Positions 1 through 10,583 of a stretch of 64,000 nt of DNA are shown here, piece by piece. The DNA is from Paraphysomonas bandaiensis. Its lineage: Eukaryota > Protista > Chrysophyceae. A program made the position numbers and the translations under genes. Position 1 is the first letter of the stretch; each line of letters opens with the position of its first letter. The stretch spans positions 1 to 64,000 of the forward strand of contig CBFFRP010000285.1 in the NCBI GenBank assembly GCA_965644295.1, written 5' to 3'. Below the pieces are notes generated by a model, which saw only the letters and a list, made by a program, of their open reading frames with translations, had not been told where the DNA came from and made no database searches.

Positions 1-1
1 T

Positions 2-1018
2 GAGGAACTTTACATTCGCCATATCTGTGTCAAGAGGATCATTGATGTACCCCGCTGCACATGTTACTTGCTGACGGTCATGGTTGTATCCGTCAATGGC
101 AAAGGAGCCCGTGCTGTCTTGTACTATAAAGTCTGAGCGGCGTGTGAGCGTGCGCGTCTCGACAGTCGGAATGCGGTCACCTTTGTACTCAGCTATAATG
201 GTGTCAGCTTCTAAATTTTTCTTCGCATATAGGGATAGGCCTTTGACTTCTTTTTCGGAGTACGCGATGTAAAATTTATTTCGCCAGTCCCTGTCCCAAT
301 CAGCAGTTTGGAGTTGTGGAAGTGGTCTGGTGGACGGGGTGTTGATGGTACTTTGGTCAGTGGGGTGTTCCGTCTGTGGATCACTGTCACTGTAATTGAC
401 GTCCTTTTTTGCCTTGCGGGCTGGCTGGCATCGGCTGGCTGATGCTTGACAAGTTTGTGGTCTCCCTTGGTTCTTCTTAGTGACTATGTGGGGTCCGGGG
501 GCTCCGCTGTTCGTTGTTCTCTTTCTAGGTCTACTGACAAGGAGGTTCTGTGTCGTCCTTTGCCGTACCTTGACAGCTTTGTTTGTGGCGGGTACATTAT
601 TATATATGGTGCTGTCCGTCGGTAGGAGACTGGTTGCGAGTCTACTTTCAAGAGCGAGCAGTGCGTTATCAAGGGCCGTGGCAAGTCCTGTGGGGTCCAG
701 TAGAAAGTAATGCGCATCCTGCAGTATAACATGTGGATAAGAGTCTGTGACAGCGTCTCTTAGTTCCTCCATCTTCCATGTGATATTGTATGTGTGTGCG
801 TCTGTAGGTAGTCCCACTATGCTTAGCGTATTACCATTTTGTGCCCATGTCGTACATGGTAGGATAGTGGCGGCAAGCATATGGACCTCACGTACTGAAA
901 GCCAATGGGTGATATCCTCTGCCGTAGTGTATGTTGTCTTGTTCGGGATACCAAGAGCCGTTTGGGCATGCATGAGCTTGTTCCGTATTGTTTGTATGGA
1001 ATTCGTATCTTGGTGATC
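2..1018 (-). CDS. ORF2, 3' continuation after a frameshift near 1018-1021: end of OTU module 3, linker, SET domain (runs off the window)
   Basis: My translation gives a stop-free 339-codon frame absent from the ORF track: ...THWLSVREVHMLAA...HVILQDAHYFLL...KGLSLYAKKNLEADTIIAEYKGDRI...DFIVQDSTGSFAIDG...CAAGYINDPLDTDMANVKFL. This matches SET motifs GxGLFA...EYxG...IDA...RYINH...N. Confidence 0.75.
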
Positions 1019-3926
1019 CCCTGAGGTCAAGTTTCGAGCAAGAGCGAGTTTGCCTCTCTTTGGCTGCAAGGACATGGATGTAATGAAGGGTGCTATATGC
1101 ACAGTACCCGTCGCTTGGTATTTGGTGTAGTGTTCTAACCGCCGAGGGTCTTAGGGTTAGACAATACACCCTGCCCATGGCGCACATGAGTTGCCTGAGG
1201 TGGTTATGATCCTTGGGGGACCTTTGTGCAAGGTGGCGTCGGACTCTCGCGGAGAGAGAAACATCAAGTATCTCGGCCTGTGTCGAGATGGTGTCTATCT
1301 GAAGGTGCCGTGGATCTGGGGGATCCTCAATCCTGACGCCTTCTTGTCTGGTACGCAGGTGCTGCAGTAAGTTGGAAATGCGTTGTTTGGTTCGTGCTAG
1401 AGCAGTGTTGAGTCGGTACTGGATACCAGGTATGCTAGTAGTGCCTGTCGTAGCAAGAACGTGAAACCCGTGTTGGCTTTGGACGATGTCGTGGGTTGTA
1501 ACATCTTCCGTGGTGAGGTTCCTTGTAAGGGAGTGCCGGAAGAAAGGCGTTAGCTGCGCCCAACCCGACACTAGATGTGGTTGATCAGCTTCCCATAACC
1601 TGTATGGTATAGATAGTAGGTCTAGTATTATTTGAAAATCCTGCACGTCCATATCCAGTTCGCTGTCTGGTTGATTTCTTTGAGAGTGTTCAAATTGTTG
1701 CAACCTCATCCGAAGTGATTTTGTGGAGGAAAGTGGTGCCCCTCTTGTCAGGCAGAGTGCTCTGATATGCTTGGAAATGTCGTGCGGGGACTCCACATTG
1801 GATTTGATGGAAGTCTGCAACTGCTGTGCTATTTGGAGTGCGCTGCACGTGGAACCCTTCGTATGTTCACATTTTGGAAATGTGGTCATAAAGATGTAGT
1901 TGTCTGCCCTGGAGAATTTGTCAATGAAGCTATCCCAATTTGCGATCCTAGTTGGGGTCAGCATTTGCGTGTGTATCTCCTGTACTAGTTCTGGCTGTGG
2001 AGCGACTGCTATGGTGTGGAAGTCATCGTATTCCACCCAGTTGTTCAGAACCGTAGAGTGGAATGGCATGAAATCCTGTCCCATAGCGTGTAGGATGGGC
2101 CCTGGGGGAGAACTCGTGTGAGCTGAGTCTGCTATGTCCGGTGCTGGTGGGTCCCCAGAATTCAACGCGGGGGATGTGGGAGCAGGTGATCTCCATTTGA
2201 CAGGGAAATAGTCAGTGAGGAGTGCACGCGGTGGTACAATTTCCTTAGCGTGTTTGGGTACCTTATTCTTGGGGTGGTGTATCGGTCCGTCACCACTATT
2301 GTCAGAGGAATATGCCTTCCCTTGGCAGTTATGCGAAGGATGGGTACCTACCTGATTCTGGTGATGCCATTGAGCTTCATTAGATTGTTGTGGTAGTGCC
2401 TGGAGTATCCGTCCGCATACAAGTTCAGGTAGTCGGTCCAACAGCGTGTGGAGTTCCAGTTTTACTGGTAGCTTTGTATCTAGGAAGAAATGATCTTCCG
2501 AACAGAACACCTCATGAAATGGCCGTTCTTGCGTCTTGGGAATGAAGGCTGAGTGAAAGGTAGACCAGTACGCCCAGTTGTGCCCTAGGACATCTGGTTC
2601 TTCCTGCCATACTCTGAGCCGTATGTTCAGGGTTTCTGCTAAGAAGGCAATGGTATCAGTATGTCCCCATTTCTCTGTGGGTATTCCGGTGGCAGTAGGT
2701 TTCTTCCTACGAAGTGCTCTGTGATATGTGGTGAGTAGTTGTTTGAGCTCCTTGCAAATGGCCACAATGTTGAGCTTTTTGGCTTCCTCTGTTGTGTATG
2801 AGTTGAGTACTTCTCTGCTCGTCTGTATGACTTGGAGCAGTTTATCTTTCGAGTCTGGAACATCAGGGTCCAGGTACGGGTATAGCTTATCATTTGAGCT
2901 CTTGTAGTGAATGGAAGCAATTGCCGCCAGCCCGCAGAACCCCGCCATAGGAGTGTTGTTGTACTCTGAATACGCATAATGGCGTGCTACAATCATTTTT
3001 CCCTCTTCCAGTGAGCGACGCACGTGGCTGTGGATAGCGGGAGTGTCGTGTCCCAACTGTAGTAGTTGTGTCACACTGCTGACCATCTCTTCCTGCAAAG
3101 CAATGGCAAGCAATCCACTGGGCGAATAGAACGTCCATTCCTGGAGGGTGGAGTCTAGGAAAGCAGCTGGTACTGGATGCGGTATGAACACTGGTGGGGT
3201 CTCAATCGGTTCTGCGGAGTACATTTGTTGTGTTATCCCAAAACCATCCTGAGGAGTGGAAGTGCTGGTGGATGGGTTATGCGATGTTGCAATCTCGTGT
3301 GAGCATAGAGGGCTGTCACTGTGATCTGTTGAGGACATCACTGCGCAGGCTTGTGGAGTGGACTTTTCGAGGGATGTAGATTGCGGTGGGACTATGTCAT
3401 GGGGGGACCGCCGTTGGTTCGTAGTCATGTCATCCCTGGCCGGTCGAGTGGTATCAGGCTGGTGTGGAGGGGCCTCACTTTTCTGCGATTTATGTCGAAG
3501 GTGCTCCTTCCAGATGAGTTTATTGAATTGACTCATGCGAAGCGCACTGCGTGTCTGTCTGCGTTGGATATGTGGCGGGAGGCATGGGATGGTGCCATCA
3601 CGATACTGCTGTAGTTTTCGTGTGCAGCTCTGTCGTCGGAGTTTGTTTCTCTTATACTGAGCAGAGGCAGGTCTCTTTCTCGGTCCATCCCCACTACTGT
3701 CGCTTGAATATTCTGGTCCATGATGCCATCTTGTTGTTTGTACACTGCTCGATGAGCGTAGGAATTTGTCTGGCGGTTTGCGCGGTGGTCGGAGGTGATA
3801 GTCTAAGGGCGTGCGTTTCATGTCGAATGTGAGTACGTGTTGAGGATTTAGTAGGTGTGGACTGGGGGGTGACCACTTGGGGGCCTCTTGCAAACTAAAT
3901 ATCTGTGTAGTGCTGTTCGCCTCCAA
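888..3926 (-). CDS. ORF2, 5' part: polyprotein with OTU-like cysteine protease modules 1 and 2 and the start of module 3
   Basis: Module 1: TPMAGFCGLAAI...KWGHTDTIAFLAETLNIRLRVW...SEDHFFL. Module 2 is degenerate: KGSTCSAL...ILDLLSIPYRLW...QHGFHVL. Module 3 begins IPSDGYCAYSTL. The ORF-track start is a TTG; the first ATG is at 3821. In frame with ORF1. Confidence 0.7.
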   Translation of the reverse strand: MEANSTTQIFSLQEAPKWSPPSPHLLNPQHVLTFDMKRTPLDYHLRPPRKPPDKFLRSSSSVQTTRWHHGPEYSSDSSGDGPRKRPASAQYKRNKLRRQSCTRKLQQYRDGTIPCLPPHIQRRQTRSALRMSQFNKLIWKEHLRHKSQKSEAPPHQPDTTRPARDDMTTNQRRSPHDIVPPQSTSLEKSTPQACAVMSSTDHSDSPLCSHEIATSHNPSTSTSTPQDGFGITQQMYSAEPIETPPVFIPHPVPAAFLDSTLQEWTFYSPSGLLAIALQEEMVSSVTQLLQLGHDTPAIHSHVRRSLEEGKMIVARHYAYSEYNNTPMAGFCGLAAIASIHYKSSNDKLYPYLDPDVPDSKDKLLQVIQTSREVLNSYTTEEAKKLNIVAICKELKQLLTTYHRALRRKKPTATGIPTEKWGHTDTIAFLAETLNIRLRVWQEEPDVLGHNWAYWSTFHSAFIPKTQERPFHEVFCSEDHFFLDTKLPVKLELHTLLDRLPELVCGRILQALPQQSNEAQWHHQNQVGTHPSHNCQGKAYSSDNSGDGPIHHPKNKVPKHAKEIVPPRALLTDYFPVKWRSPAPTSPALNSGDPPAPDIADSAHTSSPPGPILHAMGQDFMPFHSTVLNNWVEYDDFHTIAVAPQPELVQEIHTQMLTPTRIANWDSFIDKFSRADNYIFMTTFPKCEHTKGSTCSALQIAQQLQTSIKSNVESPHDISKHIRALCLTRGAPLSSTKSLRMRLQQFEHSQRNQPDSELDMDVQDFQIILDLLSIPYRLWEADQPHLVSGWAQLTPFFRHSLTRNLTTEDVTTHDIVQSQHGFHVLATTGTTSIPGIQYRLNTALARTKQRISNLLQHLRTRQEGVRIEDPPDPRHLQIDTISTQAEILDVSLSARVRRHLAQRSPKDHNHLRQLMCAMGRVYCLTLRPSAVRTLHQIPSDGYCAYSTLHYIHVLAAKERQTRSCSKLDLRGSPRYEFHTNNTEQAHACPNGSWYPEQDNIHYGRGYHPLAFST

Positions 3927-3947
3927 AGTGTCCCAGTCCAGTAGAAG

Positions 3948-6431
3948 TCAGTTGGAATCAGACCCGAATATGTCGGAGTCATCGCGCTCGTAGTCTTCCT
4001 GATTCCTCTTCGGTAGGCATTGGCCGACTTTTTGTTTATAGTAATCAAGCACTACGAGTGTGGTCTCTATGTCGATCTTGTAAAGGTCCGTTACCGCGTT
4101 TTCCAATCGGGACAGAATGGTGTGTACCGTGGTTAGTGGAACTAGATTTGAGGACGCGTGGAGTGCAATTTCGCATAGCTCCGGGCAGGTGGGAGTCGGT
4201 GCCGGTGTGGTAGGGGGGGAAATGTCTACCTGTCTTTGCCGTTTGGGTGTGGAGGAACGAGTAGCTGCTGACCTCTGTTGTGGTACAGTGGTTGGACCAA
4301 AGGGCTGGAAGGATATGGGAGGCGATATGTGGTGGGAACTGTGGTCCTCAGTATCAATTGCCTCGTTCAGAGCATACAGAAAACGTTGGGAGTGAAGATC
4401 TGGAGGAATCGGTATGGTATGATAGAGAAGGTGTAAGTTTTCGTCCCCAAGGGCGCTTTTTAGGCAAGTGTTAATACTAGGGCGAGAGAGTTCCCAGGTG
4501 AGTTTGATCTTGTCATTGTTATTGTCAAGACAGATGTAAGTTTGTTCCATTAATCGTTCTTTTTCCCTGCGGTTGGTAGTGATCGGGTTACGCGCAGACC
4601 ATATGATGTCTTGTATATCCGCAGCAGGGATCCCTATTGCATCACATGCCTTCCATACTTGCACGGGATGCAGGAGTGTTTCCGACTTAAGGGCGATGTG
4701 AAATAGTGAGAGGGTCGGTGCCCAGTTGGATTGCTTAAGCGAGGGTGATTCTCTGCTTGTCATTCGGCAACACAGTGAGCCTAGGCTGAGTTCTACATGT
4801 CCACCAACTTCATTGTTGAATAGTGCTTTGTAAAATTTCGTTCTTAAGTCTTGGTCTCGAACAGGGTGGTGAAGTAGGAGAATTTGGTAATAGCGATAGG
4901 TTTTGTCTGTAGCCCTAGTTTTGCCTTTGTAATGAGTTAAAGTCCAAAATACTTCGTACGGGGGGAGTGTGGCAAAGCCTCCTGCGCGAAGTAACATGTC
5001 CAGTATATTCCGCAATCTGTAGGCGTGTGCAGGCCTGGTGCTGGCCGAATCAGCAGTCATACCATATATCGCAGCAACGGGTACCAGAGTTGGTTCCTCT
5101 ATGGAGCGATCGACGAATTGTTCTCTTGGGGTTTGAAACAGTGACAACTGAACGTGTCGACTTTCTGTCCGTTGACGCCCTTTGTCGTCAACTGAGGTGC
5201 CAGTTTCAATATGTAGATCAAAACAGAGAGGCGCTGAGAGCATGCATGAATCAGCAGCGACATTCTGTCCCATACCCGGCCTGACCTCGTACCCAGGTCT
5301 GCCAAGGGCGAATGCTCGTATTACTCTGCTCGCCGTAGGAGCCGGTAAATCTGAGCAAGTTCGCGCATCCTCGGCTGCCCTGAAAGTAGCGAGGTCTTGC
5401 GGGGTAGGGAGTGAAATTGGAAACCCCAATTCATTGATTAGATAATGTATGATTCCAAAGAACGCCGTATCGTCTGTCATTTTCAGGTTGCTGACCACTA
5501 GAGTTCGGTATTCCATGGCTGGTTCGAAGCTGCTCCATTCCAAGAACGTGCGAGTAGATGGAAGCTGAAGTCTGGGCACGTCGGCTTTGGATTTCTTGAA
5601 ATCCGATAGGGCGTTCTTAACATGCGCATCATTGTCCATCAGTTGATGGGAGGGAGGGAGAACAAACTTCGAGGTGTAAGTTCGTTTGGTAGAGGGAGTG
5701 GCTCCACGTTGCATTGTATCAGGTGGTTTTTGTAAGGAGTACGTATTGATTAAATATGCTTCCAAAGGGTGGTTATATAAGAGGTGCACATATAAGTGGT
5801 AAATGCGGTGGTGATAGCGTGTTGTGTAGTCGACGAGGTTGACTGGGAGAGTACAGCTTGATACGCTGTATACTGTGTAGAGCGACTGTATTCGCGCATA
5901 CCACGTAGAAAGTATAGTAGTCATCCAATGAGATGTGTAGACTATAGGAATGATAGGTAAGCCGTGAGAGGTGGAGGATTGCTTGGTGAGTGCACCATAG
6001 ATTGTCCATGTGGAGTGGGTTTGTGCGGTCGCCAAGAAATGGTCCTGTCTTACAAGGTAGCGGGGTCGATGGAGAACAAAGGTGTTAGGGAATGAACAAG
6101 TGCACCTTTTCCTAGTGCCTACCCGCACGAGCCATGCGATGAGTGGTTGTAACCGTAGAGAACGGAGTGTGGTGCAGATACATCTACAAGGGAAATGTCC
6201 AATAGGGACTGACAGCGCTGTAGTGGTGCAGGCACTTAGTTTAACTGATGGCGTTAGTGAAGGGAAAGGTTGCAAAGCCACGTTATCTAACGGGGAGCAT
6301 GTACAACATGGTAAGACAAGATGTTTGTCGGCAGTGTGGTGTGTTTCAAAATGTTGCCCTGCTTGGAGAGAAGGGAACAGTCTGAGCCCGGACCCGCTGA
6401 TGGGACACAACCACGGTCTCAATAAAGACAT
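3948..6431 (-). CDS. ORF1 of the element (possible RNA-binding ORF1p/gag-like protein); the true start may be ATG 5714 (MQRGATP...)
   Basis: 827-codon open frame. An RNP2-like strand (RTLVVSNL) suggests RRM-like folds. Pro/Ser-rich linker and helical C-terminus. No definite family recognised. Confidence 0.6.
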   Translation of the reverse strand: MSLLRPWLCPISGSGLRLFPSLQAGQHFETHHTADKHLVLPCCTCSPLDNVALQPFPSLTPSVKLSACTTTALSVPIGHFPCRCICTTLRSLRLQPLIAWLVRVGTRKRCTCSFPNTFVLHRPRYLVRQDHFLATAQTHSTWTIYGALTKQSSTSHGLPIIPIVYTSHWMTTILSTWYARIQSLYTVYSVSSCTLPVNLVDYTTRYHHRIYHLYVHLLYNHPLEAYLINTYSLQKPPDTMQRGATPSTKRTYTSKFVLPPSHQLMDNDAHVKNALSDFKKSKADVPRLQLPSTRTFLEWSSFEPAMEYRTLVVSNLKMTDDTAFFGIIHYLINELGFPISLPTPQDLATFRAAEDARTCSDLPAPTASRVIRAFALGRPGYEVRPGMGQNVAADSCMLSAPLCFDLHIETGTSVDDKGRQRTESRHVQLSLFQTPREQFVDRSIEEPTLVPVAAIYGMTADSASTRPAHAYRLRNILDMLLRAGGFATLPPYEVFWTLTHYKGKTRATDKTYRYYQILLLHHPVRDQDLRTKFYKALFNNEVGGHVELSLGSLCCRMTSRESPSLKQSNWAPTLSLFHIALKSETLLHPVQVWKACDAIGIPAADIQDIIWSARNPITTNRREKERLMEQTYICLDNNNDKIKLTWELSRPSINTCLKSALGDENLHLLYHTIPIPPDLHSQRFLYALNEAIDTEDHSSHHISPPISFQPFGPTTVPQQRSAATRSSTPKRQRQVDISPPTTPAPTPTCPELCEIALHASSNLVPLTTVHTILSRLENAVTDLYKIDIETTLVVLDYYKQKVGQCLPKRNQEDYERDDSDIFGSDSN

Positions 6432-6820
6432 TGAGCTTGGAGCGAGCTAAAAAGGTATAACTTTTTGTTGAACTGTGTTTTTACCCGAAGAGAGAGAGAT
6501 TATTGTGTCTATATAAGGGTCGAATGAAAATGATTGGTAGTTGAGATAACATGAATATGTCGAATGACAATGAATGATAAAGGATATTGATCTTCGATGA
6601 CACAAGGTGGCGGGTTTAAGTTGAAAACTTAATCTAATTCATCACTTAACCGATAATATTGTATAGTACTGTTCCACTTATTTCCTGTGATACTGCATAT
6701 CTAGCTAAACAATGAAAGGATGAAAAGATGAAATGATAAAAAAAATTTCACGATGACTATTTAGATATGACAAATTATATACAGGTAACATAACACCAGA
6801 AAGGATAACAATGTAATCAA

Positions 6821-9344
6821 TTAAAGCGGAAAATCCACGTCTTTAACTACAGTTCTCTTTAAAGATGCATGGTCTACTTTCTTTGTGGGTGGAGACGGTG
6901 TACACTCGTCACTTGGTAAATGATCCTTTGAGTACATAACGTGTACTGGAGAGGTTTGGCCCTCTCCCAGCACATACGATGAAGTATCATCATCACACCG
7001 CGGAATAGGTGACGGTGTGGCTTCTGGGGTCTCGGGTGGATTGCTGTCATCATCAGAGTCCGATGATCGCCTTCTAAGCCCAGCGACAGTAGAGGTACTT
7101 TCACTGGTCAAATCATCGAACCTTTCTTCATATTCAGTATACGTAATGCTGCCGTTCAACACTCCGCTTAGTTGTCGTATTCGGCTGACTACATCTGGCA
7201 AATTTTCTATCAAGGTATCTGCATCAACAGCCGCAAGTCGCTCTAGATGACCAGCAATCGCATTGAGCTTCTTACTCACTATTAGCGGGTTACCTTTCTC
7301 TGACGAGATCAGATCCCTCATAATGTCATTACTCTGGGGCGTATCCTTACGACTTGATGGCGAAGAGCTCCACAGTGAGTCCTGTGCGCTAGGATAAGAG
7401 GGGTCATCCGTATGTCGTCGAGGAAAGACAGGAGAGGCGCGAAGCAAGTCCTGCACTGGTGACGACTTCTTCTGGTGGCGGGGCGTAGTTTCATCAGTCG
7501 GAAATACAGTCCCACTCATAACAGAACCTACAGCAGAGAGTGTTTGAGTCATCCTGCAATCCGTTAATCCATATCTGAATAACATCACTACACGTACCGT
7601 TTCCCGACTCCTTGGAACATCGTGCCAGCAGTAGAGGGCGGCCCATCCCTTGCGGGAGACGTGTGCATACGCCCTATTGACCAGCGTTTATTTGGAGTCG
7701 AAGAGGTGACGTTGGATGCATCACCATACTCCTGCGTTTCGCAATCGTACGAGGGCGCATTGAAAACTTCCTGGGAAGTGAGACGAGCTCCCATGTGCGC
7801 TCCAGTATCAAGAACACCACGTCGGATCATGTCTGCCAAATCCACAATTGGCGTTACGTCCGCGGTACTGGGATATCGCATCAGAAGACTCATCGTTGAA
7901 CTCGAGTCACCACTAATTAAATCGTTGCGAATCTAAAATCCGACAAAATAAATACGAAAAAATACAATGGATACAAGAGACGTACATGTAACAGCATCGC
8001 CAGCATGAAATCCCCTAGGGCCTCCAGGAGAGGTGACGATGGACCGAAACGGGATTTGGCCTTCATGGCAGCACTGGTAGTGGTCCATACAATATCATCA
8101 TCACTGTCCTCCTCCGCTAAAGGATGTGCTTTTCCCATACTAACTGTGCTAGGGCGGCTCTCGCGTGATGTACCAGAGCTCGCCTCCTTTTCCTTTGCTT
8201 CCATCTTGGCACAGAGCATGCAGGCAAACATGTAGTCCCATATGCGCAGCAGACTTCCTTCCGTCAGCTCAAACTCTCTACCAAGCATTAGGCGGGCCCA
8301 TCTCATGCCGTAAAGTTGGGCCTGAATGTAGTTGTCTTCCAAATGACCACACAATTCGGGATCAAGACCTCGCAACATATGTTCTGTACACAGTTTAGCG
8401 TTGGCCCCTTCGATGACAATGGATATGACGTACTGCCTTACCTTGTATTTTGGTGCAAAAATGAACCACCACTGGCTGTTCATCGGCACCAGTTACTGGA
8501 CTATAGAGGGGTTCCAGGTCGCGCATAATTCTCTCGAACATCCAGTACGTGCTGGCCTCCATGTGATCTTGGCCGAGACATGACTTTAATCCAACCTCTG
8601 GTCCTTCACACTCTGCTACCTCCGACCAGGCATTGCATTCTTCTTCCAGAACGAGTAGTACGGGGGCAACAATCTCATGCATTCCTTGTCGATAAGCAGT
8701 CTGAGGGTTGCGTGACGCCCATATGAAGAGTACATTCAGCAGCATGTTGTGATGTCGTTCCGATTTGAAATATTCATCATCCACGCCGTTCATGTACAAT
8801 CGCTCCAAATCTCCCTTTATAAACGCTACCATCTCTAAATCCTATCAGAAGAGAATGGTCATATTTAAAACATTGACAACAACTGCCTACCTTGTAATAC
8901 TGGTTCCAGTCGCCTTCGGATCCTCCTGATAGAGGGTCGGCTAGTTTATTGATATCTGGCAATGCTAACTTCTTTAGCTCCTTGTACTCCACTAGTTGCT
9001 CGTCCAATTCAGCAGCCCAGCTACTGATTCCATTGAAAGAGAGCACACCGAGCATGACCCTCCAACATAAGCCTCTAACAGCCGGGGTGATATAGTTCCC
9101 TACACATACACACATACATCAACTACATATATATATACATGTACGAAAGCAATCATACATATAACAACACATACACTCCACTCCCACTAACAGAATACTG
9201 TCAGTATCCCTCTACCTCTACATACATACACACGTATCTCTCACCTGTCCATCCCCCTAACTTTAAATTACATAACACAGTAGTGCTGAGCTTATCATCG
9301 GAGCCAAACACCCGTTTCAGTTCTCGGATAGCATGTGATGACAT
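6821..9344 (-). CDS. TBC1D5: TBC-domain Rab GTPase-activating protein, TBC1D5-like (multi-exon)
   Basis: RGLCWRVMLG, IKGDLERL (Arg finger), YRQGMHE (Gln finger), LYGMRWARLMLGREF and LLRIWD are spread over short GT-AG introns. ATG at 9344, stop at 6821. Confidence 0.8.
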
Positions 9345-9445
9345 GGGATGGAATGTGTACTCCGATTACTGAACCGAACCTCCAGTAAGATACAGCTACC
9401 TTTAATGCAATTGATGATATATTGTGCATAATATTGATACAACCC

Positions 9446-9764
9446 ACATACATACATACATACATACATACATACATACATACATACATACATACATACA
9501 TACATACATACATACATACATACATACATACATACATACATACATACATACATACATACATACATACATACATACATACATACATACATACATACATACA
9601 TACATACATACATACATACATACATACATACATACATACATACATACATACATACATACATACATACATACATACATACATACATACATACATACATACA
9701 TACATACATACATACATACATACATACATACATACATACATACATACATACATACATACATACA
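9446..9764. repeat. (TACA)n microsatellite, about 320 bp
   Basis: Perfect tetranucleotide array between the divergent TBC and SH3b-like genes. Confidence 0.98.
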
Positions 9765-9964
9765 AATACACTTCAAGTTGTGTGATTTCTAATTCTCTTT
9801 GAGGCATGTGTAAAGCCCCATGCATGTCATCTAGTACCCATATCTGAATATCTTCAGCTCTATTCGCATAAATTTTTTGTTTAGAATCTTTATTTTTGTT
9901 GAGTTGTTTTTTGTTATACGGCTATATATACGTCTATCATATAGATCATCCACACTATCCACAT

Positions 9965-10583
9965 ATGGGCGATACATTGTCAGTATGTGTATCTGATGGA
10001 GCCGATCAGACATCTTCTCTACCTCAGAAGCCAGTATTAGAGAAGGTGACAATGATATGCTATCTTACCCCTCTAATGTATATATATGCATGACAGTATC
10101 GAGTTGTTGGTCAAAGTGGTGCAACAATTCGACGAGATGTTAATCTGGACTCACTTCTAGTGGCTAATTTAGAGAAAGATACTATTGTTGATGTGTCGAT
10201 TGTGAAAGGAAGACGGGCTCATATTGTTTCTCCTGTTGACGGGTGGGGAAGCATTCAGACAGAAACAGGATATGTGATAATGAAGAAGGAGGATGGTATG
10301 ACATATAGATACAGGGTTATTCTCAAGGAAGGGGCAGTTATTAGAAAAGGGGTTAATATTGACACTTCTGATGTAAGTTTTGCTAACTATTGATGAATTT
10401 GATCAATGATTCAATGTTGGATAGGTTGTGGGTCGAGCAGAGTATCTTGATATAGTAGAGTCCACTGGGGAAGTTCAGGAAGTCAATGGTATACAGAGAT
10501 TACGAATTAAGCAGGGATGGATAAGTATGAATTTAAGAGTAAACGGCTCTGCTGGAGCACCAACTGTTGAACGATTGGATTAA
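9965..10583 (+). CDS. Small 3-exon protein with two tandem SH3b-like domains and a possible N-myristoylation signal (MGDTLSVC)
   Basis: Spliced translation repeats the pattern YRVV..GATIR...S..VA.L...V...GRRAHI..PVDGWGS and YRVI..GAVIR...S.VVG...V....RLRIKQGWIS. GT-AG introns restore the frame. TAA at 10581-10583. Confidence 0.65.

Larger units (their letters stand above)
1..6499 (-). mobile_element. Large two-ORF retrotransposon-like element (probably non-LTR), truncated by the left window edge; ORF2 carries three OTU-like domains and a SET domain
   Basis: About 6.4 kb of intronless coding sequence in an intron-rich genome, C/A-rich sense strand, ORF1+ORF2 layout. No RT or endonuclease is visible in the window, so the class is inferred. 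The 5' boundary near the (GA)n at 6490-6499 is approximate. Confidence 0.65.

Noticed and set aside
3681-3710. Canonical 2A/StopGo peptide
   Set aside because: SSDSSGDGP lacks the D(V/I)ExNPGP consensus; it is kept only as an unexplained repeated motif.
3948-3950. Selenocysteine UGA
   Set aside because: No redox-motif context and no identifiable SECIS; the 3' UTR is outside the window.
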